This document shows positions 46,583 through 56,529 of a stretch of 64,000 bases of DNA, in pieces. This stretch comes from Limisphaerales bacterium. Lineage in GTDB: Bacteria; Verrucomicrobiota; Verrucomicrobiia; Limisphaerales; JADJPG01. Every line of letters starts with the position of its first letter. Positions within the stretch are counted from its first letter, which is position 1. A program made the translations under genes and the position numbers. Under the pieces are notes generated by a model. It did no database searches. It had not been told where the DNA came from and saw only the letters and a program-made list of their open reading frames with translations. The DNA lies in NCBI GenBank assembly GCA_044230345.1, contig JBGARF010000017.1, positions 24,946-88,945 of the forward strand, given 5' to 3'.

Positions 46583-46616
46583 GCACCAAATACGAGCCCT
46601 CGAAGAGGGCCAGGGA

Positions 46617-49600
46617 CTAAGGCTGACCAGGTGTCGAGATGCGATAGACGCGGCTCGAGTTGCTCGTGGCGTCCGTCAACGTCTCGTCTCGGTCAGTGGT
46701 TTTGGCGACCACATCGCCCAGCTTCGACCACGAGGCGAGGTTGTCGGAGTAATGAACCGTATAGCTGCGGCCCGCCAGCGCCCGGAAGGTCACGTTGAAT
46801 ACGCCGGGCGTGCTGGAAGCAGTCACCTTCAGGTAGCTGTCCGGATTCTGCGGGTCAGTGCCGGCAATGGTTTCGGCGTAGTCGGACATGCCGTCGCCAT
46901 CACCGTCGCGCGACGCGTCGGCGGCGCTGTTCGGATTGCGTCCGAGCGCGGTTTCGACGGAGTCCGGAATGCCGTCGCCGTCGCTGTCCGCCAGCGTGGT
47001 GATTGAGACGGTGGCCGTGGCCAAGCCGGGGGCTTGGTTGGCCCGGTTTTTAATCACGGCCCGATAGGAAAGGTTCGTCGCGATGGACGAGGCGCGGAAC
47101 AGATAGTGGCTGACAGTTCTGTCCGTGTTGTAGTTGGTCAGCGGCGTGGAGCCTTGGCGCCACTCGACGTTGAAGGGTGGCGGAAACCCGCCGTATTGCA
47201 CACTCAGGCCGACCAAGCCGTTGACCGGGACAGTCTGCGCGAGCGGCGCTTGAACGAGCGTGGGGCTGACGAGCGGATACAGCGTGGCACCCTGGCTAAA
47301 GACAGTCCCGTTCGCATCGGTGATGGCGCAGGAATAGTCACCGTAGTTGTTGGTGGTGACTCCAACCACGACGAGCGGATTCGAGGTGGCCCCGGCGATG
47401 TTCTGGCCATTGAACCGCCACTGATAGCTGATGGGCGGGTTGGCCGACGAGACCGAGACGGAGAACGAGGCGTTCGTGCTCGGTGCGGCCGCGGGGTCGG
47501 GGCGGACACGGACGTCGACGTTCTTCGGATGCTCGAGGATCTTTGCGGCCGGCAGCACCGTGAGTTGAGCGTTGGCGCTGGCCGAGACGCCCCCCGGTCC
47601 GATGGCGTAGCAGCCGTAGAAGCCTGCATCGGTCAATTCGAGGTTGTCGAGGATGAGGGTCGCCGACGTTGCGCCGAAAATCGGGTTGGGCGTACCGCTG
47701 GCCGTATCCGTGTAGAACCACTGGTACGCGATCGGGGGCGAGCCGGTCGCAGAGACCGTGAACGTGGCGGAGCGAGTCTCGAGCGACGTCGTGGCCTGGG
47801 GGTGTTGAGTTATCACTGGGGCTGTGCCCGACGGAATAGCTCCACCCGGAGTCGCGACCGTGAATCGCCAGTTGGCGGGATCGTTGCCGTACGCGCTGGT
47901 CGCGACCCGTTGCATCGATGCTCCAACGCCTGCGCCAGTCGGCCAAGGAGCCGTGCCTTCGTATTTCACCTTGTCGACCAGGATGTAAGGCACACTGGTC
48001 AGGTTGGGAACGTCCGGGCGCACGAGTTCGACGCTGTCGCCGGTGTTGTCGAGCTGGCCGTCCCACGGTCCATAGACCGCGACACCGGCAGGAATGTTGT
48101 TGCGAGTCCGGAAGGCGGCGAGTTCGGACGGGTTGCTTGCGTCGACGCCGGCCACGATGACGTAGCCTCCGGCCGGAATGGTGGTGCCAGCGGGGAAGGT
48201 GAAGTCGACCGCGTCACGCAGACGCCATGAATTGCCGGCGCCATCGGACAACGTAACGGGCGAGCTCGAGACGTTGTTCAGCTCGATGTATTCGTCCTCC
48301 GTGTTGTTCCAGGAGACTCCGTTGGCGTAGACCGCCACCGGCTGATAATTGATCTCGCTGACGATTACTGGTCCCACGAGCGGCCCGGCGTTGGGTGCTT
48401 CGATGGTGTTGGCGGCTTGGGCCACGAACTGGTCCTGGCCCGTGCTCACGACGTAGCGCCCGTAGGTAACACCGTTGGCCTGAGCGCCAAAGTCGAAGCC
48501 GTGGCTGTAGCCGGTCAGATTGCCATCCGCATCCGCCGAGAAGAGGTAAACCTCATCGCCGAGCGAGCTCAGGGAGAAGGCATTGGGCCCCACGTTGAAT
48601 TGGGCTTCCGAAATGCTCCAGTATCCGTTGGCCGGGATGGTCGTATTCGCCGGGAAGCGATACTTCTTGGGCGCCTTGCGATCATCCGTCAAATACCAAT
48701 ACCCAATGTTGGCCGGAGTGCCCCCGGTGTTGTAGAGCTCGATCGCATCGACTTGGGGGAGGTCAGTGTGAGTCAGCGCTTCGTTGATCACCACGGCCGG
48801 GATCGTCGGTCCGGGCACATCGTTCTGGGCCGGCGAACCATTGATCGAGCCAGATTGTTTCCAGCCGGACTTGAGGTTCCAGGCCGTGCCGACCGCATTT
48901 TCGTCGGCTACCACGAGTGAGAAGCCAAGGCCATCGGTCAGCGGATACCAGCCGTCGCTGAAATTGAAGTCCAAGATGGGCTCCTTCATCGACCCTTCCA
49001 GCACCAGATGTTCCCCATCATTGGCCAACCGGTTGGTGTACTGGCCGAGGATCAGCCGGCCGGTGCCGTAGCGTGATTCGAAGGCGGCTTGATTGGCGAC
49101 GATGACCCCTGACTGGCCCGCGTCCAGGGAGGTGGCGGGGAACTCGAAGTCGAGCCCGCCCCGAATGCGGAAGCGCTGCAGGTTGAGTGCGGTTGAACCA
49201 GTATTTTTGACTTCGAGATATTCGAACTCCTCGTTGCCAAAGAGGCTGCCTGGGCCCGCGGGCGCTGGATTGTACATGATCTCGCTGATAATCAGCTTCG
49301 GCGTCGCGGTGATGAAGGTGCCGATGGTCGGACCGCTCCACGTCGTGTTGCCCCACGCGGGGGTGGTGGCACGAGCGCGGGCGAAGACTCGGGCGTTGGC
49401 ATTCAGCGTAATGGGACCGGAGTAGAGTTGCGCGCCTGGCGCGAGGCCGTTGCCCGGGAGGCGCGGATCCGTCCCGTCCAACGTATAGTAAACCGGATTG
49501 GTTGCGGTGATCGTCAAACGGGTCCCCACCGGAATCGGGCCGCCCGGAGAGTCGAATACGGGGCCACGGACAAACTGGGCATCGACCCAGTCGAAGCGGC

Positions 49601-52478
49601 GGCCGGTCCACTTTTTCATCTCACTGATGATTCCGGCGTAATTTGTGGGATTGACGTAGTCGATGTCCCAGCCGCCGGCTGTTCCGTTCGGATTCGGCCA
49701 CGTCGAAACCGACGGGCTGAGGATCGGGTACTTGGCGTAGTTGCGCGCGGCCGCCTCGGTGAGCTGGGTGGCGATCTCATCGATGCGGGACAGCATGCGC
49801 GCCCGGTTCATGACGTTAGTTCGAAGCACGCTCCAGCGGTCGACAACTTTCTGTTTGAACTCGGGGTCACCGCTGGTCGGGGTGCCGTCGCCCACAAGGC
49901 GGCGGAGGAACACGTGGTCACCTGCACCCAGCTGGGTGTAATACCAACCAGTCGCCTTGCCGCCGTCGAGGTAGTTGGCGTTGCCGAAGCTCAGGTTCCA
50001 GTCCCAGATCGGAACGCTGCGGACTTTTCCATTGCGGTCCTTGCTGAAGTAGTTGCTGATGCGGTAACCGTCGATCTGCTTGGGCAGTTCGTTAATCCAG
50101 TGGTAGTCCACAAAGGAATCGACGTCGACATAGTGGGAGTAGTGATTGGTACCCGTTCGAGTCAGCCAATCGGTGGCCCCGGCCGCAGCCTCGTAGAGGC
50201 TGAGATACTTGCGCAGCCATTGCACCTGGGGATTGGCCGTGCCGCCCGGGAGATCCTTCGGTTTCGGCTCGTGCATTTTAAACGCCGTGCCGTTCGTGGT
50301 ATTGAAGTTCAAGTCGCCGGTGCTGTCTTTATCGCGCTTGAACATGTAACCGCCCGAAATCGCGGGTTCGTTCGTTTGGGAACCGGTCAATTCCGCGATG
50401 TTGACGCGATCCTTGCCGGCTTCGATCTTCTCGAGGAAACACAGGACGCCATAGTAGTTGGCTGAGTAGCTGAGCTTGGTGTTCGGGGTCGGATTGATAA
50501 AGACCTCCACAAACCGGCGCCGGCATTGGTAGTTCCCCATCTGCTCATACATTTCGTAGGCGAGGAAATCGTTCATCAAACACTTGTCTGAATACGGATT
50601 GCGCATCTTCCAGTCGGCCTCGGACGGCATGCCCAGGACAGAAACTCGCTTGTCATTCCCGTATTCGTCATTGAGCTCGATGTTGTGCGGCTTCTTGGCA
50701 AAACCTTCGGAGGTCTGGCCGAACGTCTCAAACTGGGCCATGCCGAGGTAGTCGGGCTTGCCGGTGATGGAAGCCCGTCCGCGGAAGGTGTCGATGATCG
50801 CTACGGTGCCGCGGGCGCGGTTACCACCGGCGACGACGCTGGCGGGGATGGCGCTGGGGGTGGAGATGATGACGAGCGGCAGGTTCGAGCTGAAATTGCG
50901 CATCGAACTGTCCAGCATGATGAAGTTGCGCGCCTTGATCGGGCTGGGCCAGAGTCCGGTTTGGAAGACGCGCGCCTTGATCGCGACGTTGGCATTGACC
51001 GTGATGGGGCCGGTATAGGCGATGCCTGACGTGGTATTCGTGGGCTCGGTCCCGTTGGTGGTGTAGCGGATCACCGCGCCTGCTGGCGCGGTAATCGTCA
51101 AGAGAATGGAGTCATTGGTGTAAACGCCACTCTCATAGTTGAAGATCGGTTCAGCGGCGTAGCCGGAGCCGGTCACCGTGTTCTGTGCGCCGGGCGTTGG
51201 ATTGTCGAAAAAGCCCACCTGGTTCGCATCGACGCGGTCTCGTCCATACGACTTGTCCGTCACCTGCGCCGGATAGCTGGCAAAGACGGAAACGGGGCTG
51301 CCGAACGAATCCGACAGCGCGAGGTAGCCGCCGGCGTTCTTGCCGAGCTTGAAGTTGGTGTGCAGCGGGGCGAGAGCGTTGGTTTTGTTTTTCTCGGAGG
51401 CGTAGACGAGCAGGTATTTGTTCGCCCCAAGAGTCATGTTCGGGAAACGCCACTTGAGCAGATTGGTGACGGTGTCGGACAGGCCCCAGCCGCTCAGGTT
51501 CACGTCTCCCGGACCCGGATTAAAGATTTCGATCCAGTCGCTGCGGGAGCCATCTTCGTCCTCGAGCCCCGATCCATTGTCGGCGAGGAACTCCGAGATG
51601 ACCGGTCGGCCCACCACGAGGTTGGGATTGAAGGTGTAGCTCCAGCTGCCGCCGGCGAAGGCATTCGGGGTTGGCGCGGTATCCGCGATGCCGTGCCCGG
51701 AGGCGAACGCCACCTGCACCGCGCCCGTGGGTGGAGCAGGAAAGGTGAATTGATATTCGCGCGGCGAAATGGTGGTCATTCCGGTGGCAGGAGTGCCGTT
51801 GATCAACAGATCGGCCGCTTCGACGCCGGTGACGTTCTCGGAGAAGAGCACGCCAATGAAGGTCAATTCCGTGACGGCGACCCCGCCCGGCGGGTCGCTG
51901 GTCACGAGCACCGGCGCGTCATTGTCGATCGTTCCGCTGAGAACCAGATTGAAGCTGATGTCAGAGTTGTTGACGCTGCCCTGATGCACTTCGACGGCGA
52001 TCGTGTTTTCGCCAGCGGCGAAAGCCGAGGCCGGCAGGGAAACGATGTCAGGGAGGTAGTCCGACGAGGTGGTGGCGAGCGTCGAAAAGCTGACGGGTCC
52101 GGCTGGCATGCCGGCGGTCCGGTGGACCTCAGTCCCGTTCACGTAGACCACGGCGCCGTCGTCATAGGTCAACGTCATCGCGAGCGTGGTGAATGCGGCG
52201 GGATTGGCCACAGTGAACTTGTGGCGGAAGTAGTAAGTTGGAGATGGGCCGGACGAAAAGACCGTTGATTCGTCGCCGTCGCCGTAGCCGAGTTCCCCTG
52301 GGCCTGAGCTCCACGTGGAGTCGTCGAAACCGGAGCTTCGCCATGACGTGCCTTGGTCGATGCCGGTGTCGAGGTATTTCCAGGTGGCACCTGGGGCGAT
52401 GAGGTTAACCTGGGCGGACGCTGAAGCGCCGAGCCACAGGACGGAGGCGAGTGTGCACAAACTCAGTTTGTATTTCAT
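46617..52478 (-). CDS. giant secreted CotH-kinase-family protein with multiple lamin-tail (LTD) domains, three Ig-like domains and TSP3-type calcium-binding repeats
   Basis: Likely start is M54 (ATG at 52478), giving signal MKYKLSLCTLASVLWLGASASA. CotH core (YYGVLCFLEKI, GGYMFKRDKD, VDYHWINEL, PIWDWNLSFGN). LTD starts (ISEFLADN, ISEIMYNP, INEALTHTD, VSEINYQP). DSDGDGIPD / DGDGDGMSD repeats. Shared C-terminal module ends RVYRISTPGQP. Confidence 0.85.
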   Translation of the reverse strand: MKYKLSLCTLASVLWLGASASAQVNLIAPGATWKYLDTGIDQGTSWRSSGFDDSTWSSGPGELGYGDGDESTVFSSGPSPTYYFRHKFTVANPAAFTTLAMTLTYDDGAVVYVNGTEVHRTAGMPAGPVSFSTLATTSSDYLPDIVSLPASAFAAGENTIAVEVHQGSVNNSDISFNLVLSGTIDNDAPVLVTSDPPGGVAVTELTFIGVLFSENVTGVEAADLLINGTPATGMTTISPREYQFTFPAPPTGAVQVAFASGHGIADTAPTPNAFAGGSWSYTFNPNLVVGRPVISEFLADNGSGLEDEDGSRSDWIEIFNPGPGDVNLSGWGLSDTVTNLLKWRFPNMTLGANKYLLVYASEKNKTNALAPLHTNFKLGKNAGGYLALSDSFGSPVSVFASYPAQVTDKSYGRDRVDANQVGFFDNPTPGAQNTVTGSGYAAEPIFNYESGVYTNDSILLTITAPAGAVIRYTTNGTEPTNTTSGIAYTGPITVNANVAIKARVFQTGLWPSPIKARNFIMLDSSMRNFSSNLPLVIISTPSAIPASVVAGGNRARGTVAIIDTFRGRASITGKPDYLGMAQFETFGQTSEGFAKKPHNIELNDEYGNDKRVSVLGMPSEADWKMRNPYSDKCLMNDFLAYEMYEQMGNYQCRRRFVEVFINPTPNTKLSYSANYYGVLCFLEKIEAGKDRVNIAELTGSQTNEPAISGGYMFKRDKDSTGDLNFNTTNGTAFKMHEPKPKDLPGGTANPQVQWLRKYLSLYEAAAGATDWLTRTGTNHYSHYVDVDSFVDYHWINELPKQIDGYRISNYFSKDRNGKVRSVPIWDWNLSFGNANYLDGGKATGWYYTQLGAGDHVFLRRLVGDGTPTSGDPEFKQKVVDRWSVLRTNVMNRARMLSRIDEIATQLTEAAARNYAKYPILSPSVSTWPNPNGTAGGWDIDYVNPTNYAGIISEMKKWTGRRFDWVDAQFVRGPVFDSPGGPIPVGTRLTITATNPVYYTLDGTDPRLPGNGLAPGAQLYSGPITLNANARVFARARATTPAWGNTTWSGPTIGTFITATPKLIISEIMYNPAPAGPGSLFGNEEFEYLEVKNTGSTALNLQRFRIRGGLDFEFPATSLDAGQSGVIVANQAAFESRYGTGRLILGQYTNRLANDGEHLVLEGSMKEPILDFNFSDGWYPLTDGLGFSLVVADENAVGTAWNLKSGWKQSGSINGSPAQNDVPGPTIPAVVINEALTHTDLPQVDAIELYNTGGTPANIGYWYLTDDRKAPKKYRFPANTTIPANGYWSISEAQFNVGPNAFSLSSLGDEVYLFSADADGNLTGYSHGFDFGAQANGVTYGRYVVSTGQDQFVAQAANTIEAPNAGPLVGPVIVSEINYQPVAVYANGVSWNNTEDEYIELNNVSSSPVTLSDGAGNSWRLRDAVDFTFPAGTTIPAGGYVIVAGVDASNPSELAAFRTRNNIPAGVAVYGPWDGQLDNTGDSVELVRPDVPNLTSVPYILVDKVKYEGTAPWPTGAGVGASMQRVATSAYGNDPANWRFTVATPGGAIPSGTAPVITQHPQATTSLETRSATFTVSATGSPPIAYQWFYTDTASGTPNPIFGATSATLILDNLELTDAGFYGCYAIGPGGVSASANAQLTVLPAAKILEHPKNVDVRVRPDPAAAPSTNASFSVSVSSANPPISYQWRFNGQNIAGATSNPLVVVGVTTNNYGDYSCAITDANGTVFSQGATLYPLVSPTLVQAPLAQTVPVNGLVGLSVQYGGFPPPFNVEWRQGSTPLTNYNTDRTVSHYLFRASSIATNLSYRAVIKNRANQAPGLATATVSITTLADSDGDGIPDSVETALGRNPNSAADASRDGDGDGMSDYAETIAGTDPQNPDSYLKVTASSTPGVFNVTFRALAGRSYTVHYSDNLASWSKLGDVVAKTTDRDETLTDATSNSSRVYRISTPGQP

Positions 52479-52882
52479 ACGTGCGAACCTATTTGACCTA
52501 ATTGGAACGGGACCGGTTGGACTGGATTGAGCGGGAGACGAATTGCGATTGGGGGCACAGGCAGTGGCCCAATCGTGCGGCGTGATGGCTTCGAACCCAC
52601 CAACGCGCAGCGATTCCTTCGCGCGCGGCGTGAACACGCCCCAGCATGCTTGAATACGACGACAGCATTAACACATCTACCGCTCAGGTGGATGGCTACT
52701 AATACACTAGGTTGACCTCTCAACACAATACCAGTTTGTGCCTGAGTGTAACATTTTGAATGGGTCGGCGTACCCGGCTGACCACCTGAGGGGTTATTAT
52801 CGGCCGGGAAACCAGGAATATCCCCATGAACCTCGCCGGAGGGGTCTCCGCTCCGGGTTCGGAGACGGGCTGGAGTTTGGAG

Positions 52883-53055
52883 GCTTCCGGAGGTTCGGTG
52901 GCGACGAGTCACCTGAGGCCGCCGCAGATTCTAGCGAAGGGCGAAGCGTGAGGAGTCCGCGTATTGAGATGAAATACGTAAGCGACGACCAACGAGGGCC
53001 TTCGCCAGAAGAGCAAGCAAACGGCTGCCGGCCAACGGAAACGTTCCGGCTTAGG
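52883..53055. repeat. MITE-like element, copy R (inverted, one end degenerate)
   Basis: gccgcagattctagcgaagggcgaagcgtgagg...gaaacgttccggcttagg aligns with the reverse complement of 46362..46540. The left terminal repeat is decayed. Confidence 0.8.
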
Positions 53056-53069
53056 AGAAGTGATTTGGC

Positions 53070-53552
53070 CTACGCCCGTCTGGGCCGGAGCAGGATGACC
53101 TTTTTATTGGTGCCTTCCACCTCGACGCTATGGGTCTCGACTGCGGGGTCGTCTCTCAATGCGTTGTGCACGATGCGGCGGTCGAAGGCGTTGAGGGGTT
53201 CGAGCTCGATGACGTCGCCCCAGCGCTTCACCTTTTCGGCTGCTTCGCGCGCCTTTTTAATCAGGGCTTCACGAGCTTGGGCCCGGTAACCTCCGACATC
53301 GACGGTGACTTTAGGGGCGCTCTCGTCCTGGCTGAACAGAATGCGATTCAGGAGGTATTGCAGGTCCGACAAGGTCTGGCCCTGTCGCCCAATAAGGCGG
53401 CCGGAGTCATCGGTCTTCACGTCCAAGGTCAAACCGTCCTCGTTGGTGTATTCCTCCACCGCACCGGGGAAGCCGAGATGGTGGAGCATCTGTTCGAGGA
53501 TTTCTTTAGGCTGAGCGGGCATGGCGGGCATGTTCTGAGTTCGTGTGGGCAA
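53070..53552 (-). CDS. jag: Jag/KhpB-type RNA-binding protein (KH plus R3H domains)
   Basis: 160 aa. R3H signature ELEPLNAFDRRIVHNAL. Located directly downstream of yidC. Confidence 0.85.
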   Translation of the reverse strand: MPTRTQNMPAMPAQPKEILEQMLHHLGFPGAVEEYTNEDGLTLDVKTDDSGRLIGRQGQTLSDLQYLLNRILFSQDESAPKVTVDVGGYRAQAREALIKKAREAAEKVKRWGDVIELEPLNAFDRRIVHNALRDDPAVETHSVEVEGTNKKVILLRPRRA

Positions 53553-53593
53553 TGGTCAAGTCTCGATCCATCCGTAAGGCGGGCGCAGGTATT

Positions 53594-55477
53594 CTATTTG
53601 CGGCGTTTCGGCGCGAGGCTGGCCGTCACCGGTTTCCCGGGCTCCGGGTTGCTTTTGCCGTCGTTGATCCGGGTCAGCTTGGTTTGCACGATGCTCAACA
53701 GGTTTTGGACGGTCCAGTAAAGCGTCAGGCCGGCGGAGTAATCGTAGAGGATGAACAGGAAGATGAGCGGGAAATACTTCATCATCTTCTGTTGCATCGG
53801 GTCCATGCCCGGCGCCGGCGGCGTCAGGCGGGCCTGAAAGAACATCGTGACGCCCATCAACAAGGGCAGGGGATTGACGTTCAGATTTAACCCAGGAATG
53901 ACAAAGATGGTGTCGGGCCGGGAAAGGTCGCAGGCCCAGAGAAAGGACGCGCCGCGGAGTTCGATCGCCGTTTTGACCATGCTGAAAAACCCGATGAAAA
54001 CCGGGATTTGAAGCATGACAGGCAGACAACCACCCAGCGGACTGACTTTGTTCTCCTTCATGAACTCCATCAGCTTCTTGTTCATCTTGGCCGGGTCATC
54101 CTTGTATTTTTCCTGCAGGGCCTTCATCTGCGGCTGCAACAACTGCATGCGCTTCATTGAGCGCGTGCTGGCCTGGGTCAGCGGCCAGAAGAGCAGTTTG
54201 ATGATGACCGTGATGGCGATGATGGCCAGCGCGTAGGACAGGCCGAGGGAATTGAGGCCGTTCATCGACAGGAGCAGCAGGCGGGAGAAGAATCCGAAGA
54301 AGCCGAATTCCATGAGACGATCGATTTCGTTCTTCATGTCGGCTGCGAGCCGCTCCAGGCGTCGGAATTCTTTGGGGCCAGCGTAGACGGTGAAGCTTCG
54401 CTCGAGCGTGGCCCCCGCAGCCACGTTGGTGCCCGGCTGGGTCATGACCACGTTAAAGGCCATTTGATTCGTCAACGTTTTAGCGTCGGCCGCGATTTCC
54501 TCCTGGCTCGGGGGCGGGAGGGCAAACTTAACCGCCTGGACTTGAGTGGCAGGGGCATCGGGCACCAGGGCGATGAAGAAGAATTGATTCTTGGCCGCCG
54601 CCCACCGAATGCCGGTGCTGCTGGCCGAGTAGTCGGATTTCGGCGTGCCGGGCAGGCAACCGAGGGACCGGTTTTCGAAATACGGGCCGTTGATCTGGGT
54701 TTCCTTGCCATCGAACCACGTGAGCCCTACGGACATCTCGGAATCTTGCGCATTCAGCGGCGTCGCCGTCCCGACCATCCAAGGCTGTGGGGGCAGGGTC
54801 ACTGCCACGGGCGAACGGTTTTCGAATCGCACGCGGGCTTTGATCAAATAGTCGCTGGCAACTTCAAACTCCTTCACGATGAAGACGCCGTTGCTGAGCA
54901 GTTTCTCTGCGCGTATACCCTGCACGGGGCCTGCCGCGACCCGGGCCGCGTTGGTTCCGGTCGCAGGCTGAGTCGCCGGTGGCGGCGTGAACGAGCTGAG
55001 TCGATAGACTCCATCGCCAGCCAGTTCTCCATTGGCCAGCGCGAGGACAGGCAATGGCGCAGGGCCATTCAGCGTCACCGGGCGGTTGGCGCGGGTGGTG
55101 TTTTTCGCCCCGCACGCCACGAACTCGCGGTGCGCGAGCAATTCAGCCGTTTTGATCCCTCCACCTCGCGAAGTGAACGTTAATCGAACCAAACCGTTGG
55201 ACACGATCAACGTCTGCTCGGGAGCGCTGGACGACGGTTGTACGAAGCTGGCGGGAACGACCCCATTTTGCGCGGCAGTCGCGGGCGGGATCGCTGGGGC
55301 GTTCGTTCCGCCGGCGTTGGGCTGGGGCGTCGCTCCGGGACCGTTGGTTTGGCGAGCGATAGAGAGCGCGTTGGTGCTTCCGGGCGGGGGCGGCGGGTAA
55401 AGTCGCGGCGTCAGGTAAGTCCACAGGGCGAATAAAGCCCCGCAGATGGCAAGGATGATGAACGATTTGCGATCCAT
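53594..55477 (-). CDS. yidC: membrane protein insertase YidC
   Basis: Start taken at M25 (MDRKSFIILAICGALFALW). Large periplasmic domain, then the conserved core PLGGCLPVMLQIPVFIGFF ... AGLTLYWTVQNLLSIVQ. Confidence 0.9.
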   Translation of the reverse strand: MDRKSFIILAICGALFALWTYLTPRLYPPPPPGSTNALSIARQTNGPGATPQPNAGGTNAPAIPPATAAQNGVVPASFVQPSSSAPEQTLIVSNGLVRLTFTSRGGGIKTAELLAHREFVACGAKNTTRANRPVTLNGPAPLPVLALANGELAGDGVYRLSSFTPPPATQPATGTNAARVAAGPVQGIRAEKLLSNGVFIVKEFEVASDYLIKARVRFENRSPVAVTLPPQPWMVGTATPLNAQDSEMSVGLTWFDGKETQINGPYFENRSLGCLPGTPKSDYSASSTGIRWAAAKNQFFFIALVPDAPATQVQAVKFALPPPSQEEIAADAKTLTNQMAFNVVMTQPGTNVAAGATLERSFTVYAGPKEFRRLERLAADMKNEIDRLMEFGFFGFFSRLLLLSMNGLNSLGLSYALAIIAITVIIKLLFWPLTQASTRSMKRMQLLQPQMKALQEKYKDDPAKMNKKLMEFMKENKVSPLGGCLPVMLQIPVFIGFFSMVKTAIELRGASFLWACDLSRPDTIFVIPGLNLNVNPLPLLMGVTMFFQARLTPPAPGMDPMQQKMMKYFPLIFLFILYDYSAGLTLYWTVQNLLSIVQTKLTRINDGKSNPEPGKPVTASLAPKRRK

Positions 55478-55490
55478 GTACGAAGTAAGC

Positions 55491-55760
55491 TCAGGCGTTC
55501 GGCGAACGGCGGAATTCTCTTGGCGGGACCGGGTCGTAACCATGGCCACCCCAAGGATGGCAGCGGCAGAGCCGTCGTGCGGCCAGCCAGGAACCGGTGA
55601 GAGCGCCGTGGTCGCGGATGGCGTCCGCAGCGTAGTGGGAGCAGGTCGGCTCGAAGCGACAGCCGAACCCAGCAGGACCGAAGATCGCGGTGAGCACCGG
55701 GGAAATGCCTTTCTGATACATGCGCAGCAACGCCTGCAGGATGATTTGGGCCGGGCTCAT
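55491..55760 (-). CDS. yidD: membrane protein insertion efficiency factor YidD
   Basis: YQKGISP.....[15 protein letters not shown]...G..L...RL.RCHPW signature. Confidence 0.88.
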   Translation of the reverse strand: MSPAQIILQALLRMYQKGISPVLTAIFGPAGFGCRFEPTCSHYAADAIRDHGALTGSWLAARRLCRCHPWGGHGYDPVPPREFRRSPNA

Positions 55761-56158
55761 GGGGCTCCGTCAGGGCTGGGGCGGTGGGACGGGGCCATGA
55801 GGCCACCCTTCCGCAGGGCGGTCAGATAATCCCGGTTGACGGCGTCCTGGCTTTTGCCGGCGATGGACGGCCGAGCCACCAACACCAAGTCGACGGGCTG
55901 AAGGATGAGTTCCTGGTGTTGGCGGAAAGCTTCCCGCAGGAGGCGGCGTGACCGAGTCCGCACGACGGCGATACCGACCTTCCGACTCGTAACCACACCC
56001 AGGCGGCTGTGCTGCCGCTGGGGCACAGCCATCCAGTTTACAATGAGGCAGCCTTGGACGATGCGCCTGCCGCCGGCCCGGGTTTGCGCGAAATCCTGCC
56101 CACTCTTGAGACGGCGGGAAGCGGGAAACTTGCGCGTCGCCGGGGAATCAGCGGGCAT
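55757..56158 (-). CDS. rnpA: ribonuclease P protein component
   Basis: 133 aa, basic. RLKSGQDF motif. Positioned between rpmH and yidD. 4-bp overlap with yidD. Confidence 0.8.
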   Translation of the reverse strand: MPADSPATRKFPASRRLKSGQDFAQTRAGGRRIVQGCLIVNWMAVPQRQHSRLGVVTSRKVGIAVVRTRSRRLLREAFRQHQELILQPVDLVLVARPSIAGKSQDAVNRDYLTALRKGGLMAPSHRPSPDGAP

Positions 56159-56190
56159 CAGCTTGGGGGGAAGGTGATGGCGTTACCCAA

Positions 56191-56328
56191 TCACGCGGGG
56201 GTGAGGCGCTTGCGCCCGACCCGGCGGCGATTGGCCAGGATGGCTTTGCCGCTCTTCGAACTGTTTCGAGCCAGAAAACCATGCTGACGTTTCCGGCGAA
56301 TCTTGGACGGTTGATATTGTCGCTTCAT
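56191..56328 (-). CDS. rpmH: 50S ribosomal protein L34
   Basis: Not in the ORF track (45 aa). Hand translation of the minus strand gives [45 protein letters not shown], the canonical L34 sequence pattern, just upstream of rnpA. Confidence 0.9.
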   Translation of the reverse strand: MKRQYQPSKIRRKRQHGFLARNSSKSGKAILANRRRVGRKRLTPA

Positions 56329-56529
56329 GTCAATTGCTCTCTACAATCCCGCCGCGTCGGACCAAAGCGCTTCTCGCTGAGTGAGCAGTGCGGGATTTCC
56401 AATGCCACGGGAGCGGGGAGAGTATCAATGGATCCCCAAGTGTCAAGCGCCCGACCGACGCAGGCTTTACCCATGACGCATGTCTTTCGGGGTTGAAATT
56501 ACGGTGGGCCATTCCTTAGCCTGCGGCCC

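Noticed and set aside
52575-52625. tRNA-like fragment (ggcttcgaaccc resembles the complement of a T-loop GGTTCGAA) upstream of the CotH gene
   Set aside because: I could not fold a cloverleaf. The flanking bases do not form a 5-bp T-stem, acceptor stem or anticodon arm. At most it is a decayed tRNA/tmRNA remnant.
56329-56529. Possible oriC next to rpmH
   Set aside because: No DnaA-box-like 9-mers, no AT-rich tract and no dnaA gene. It looks like an ordinary divergent promoter region.
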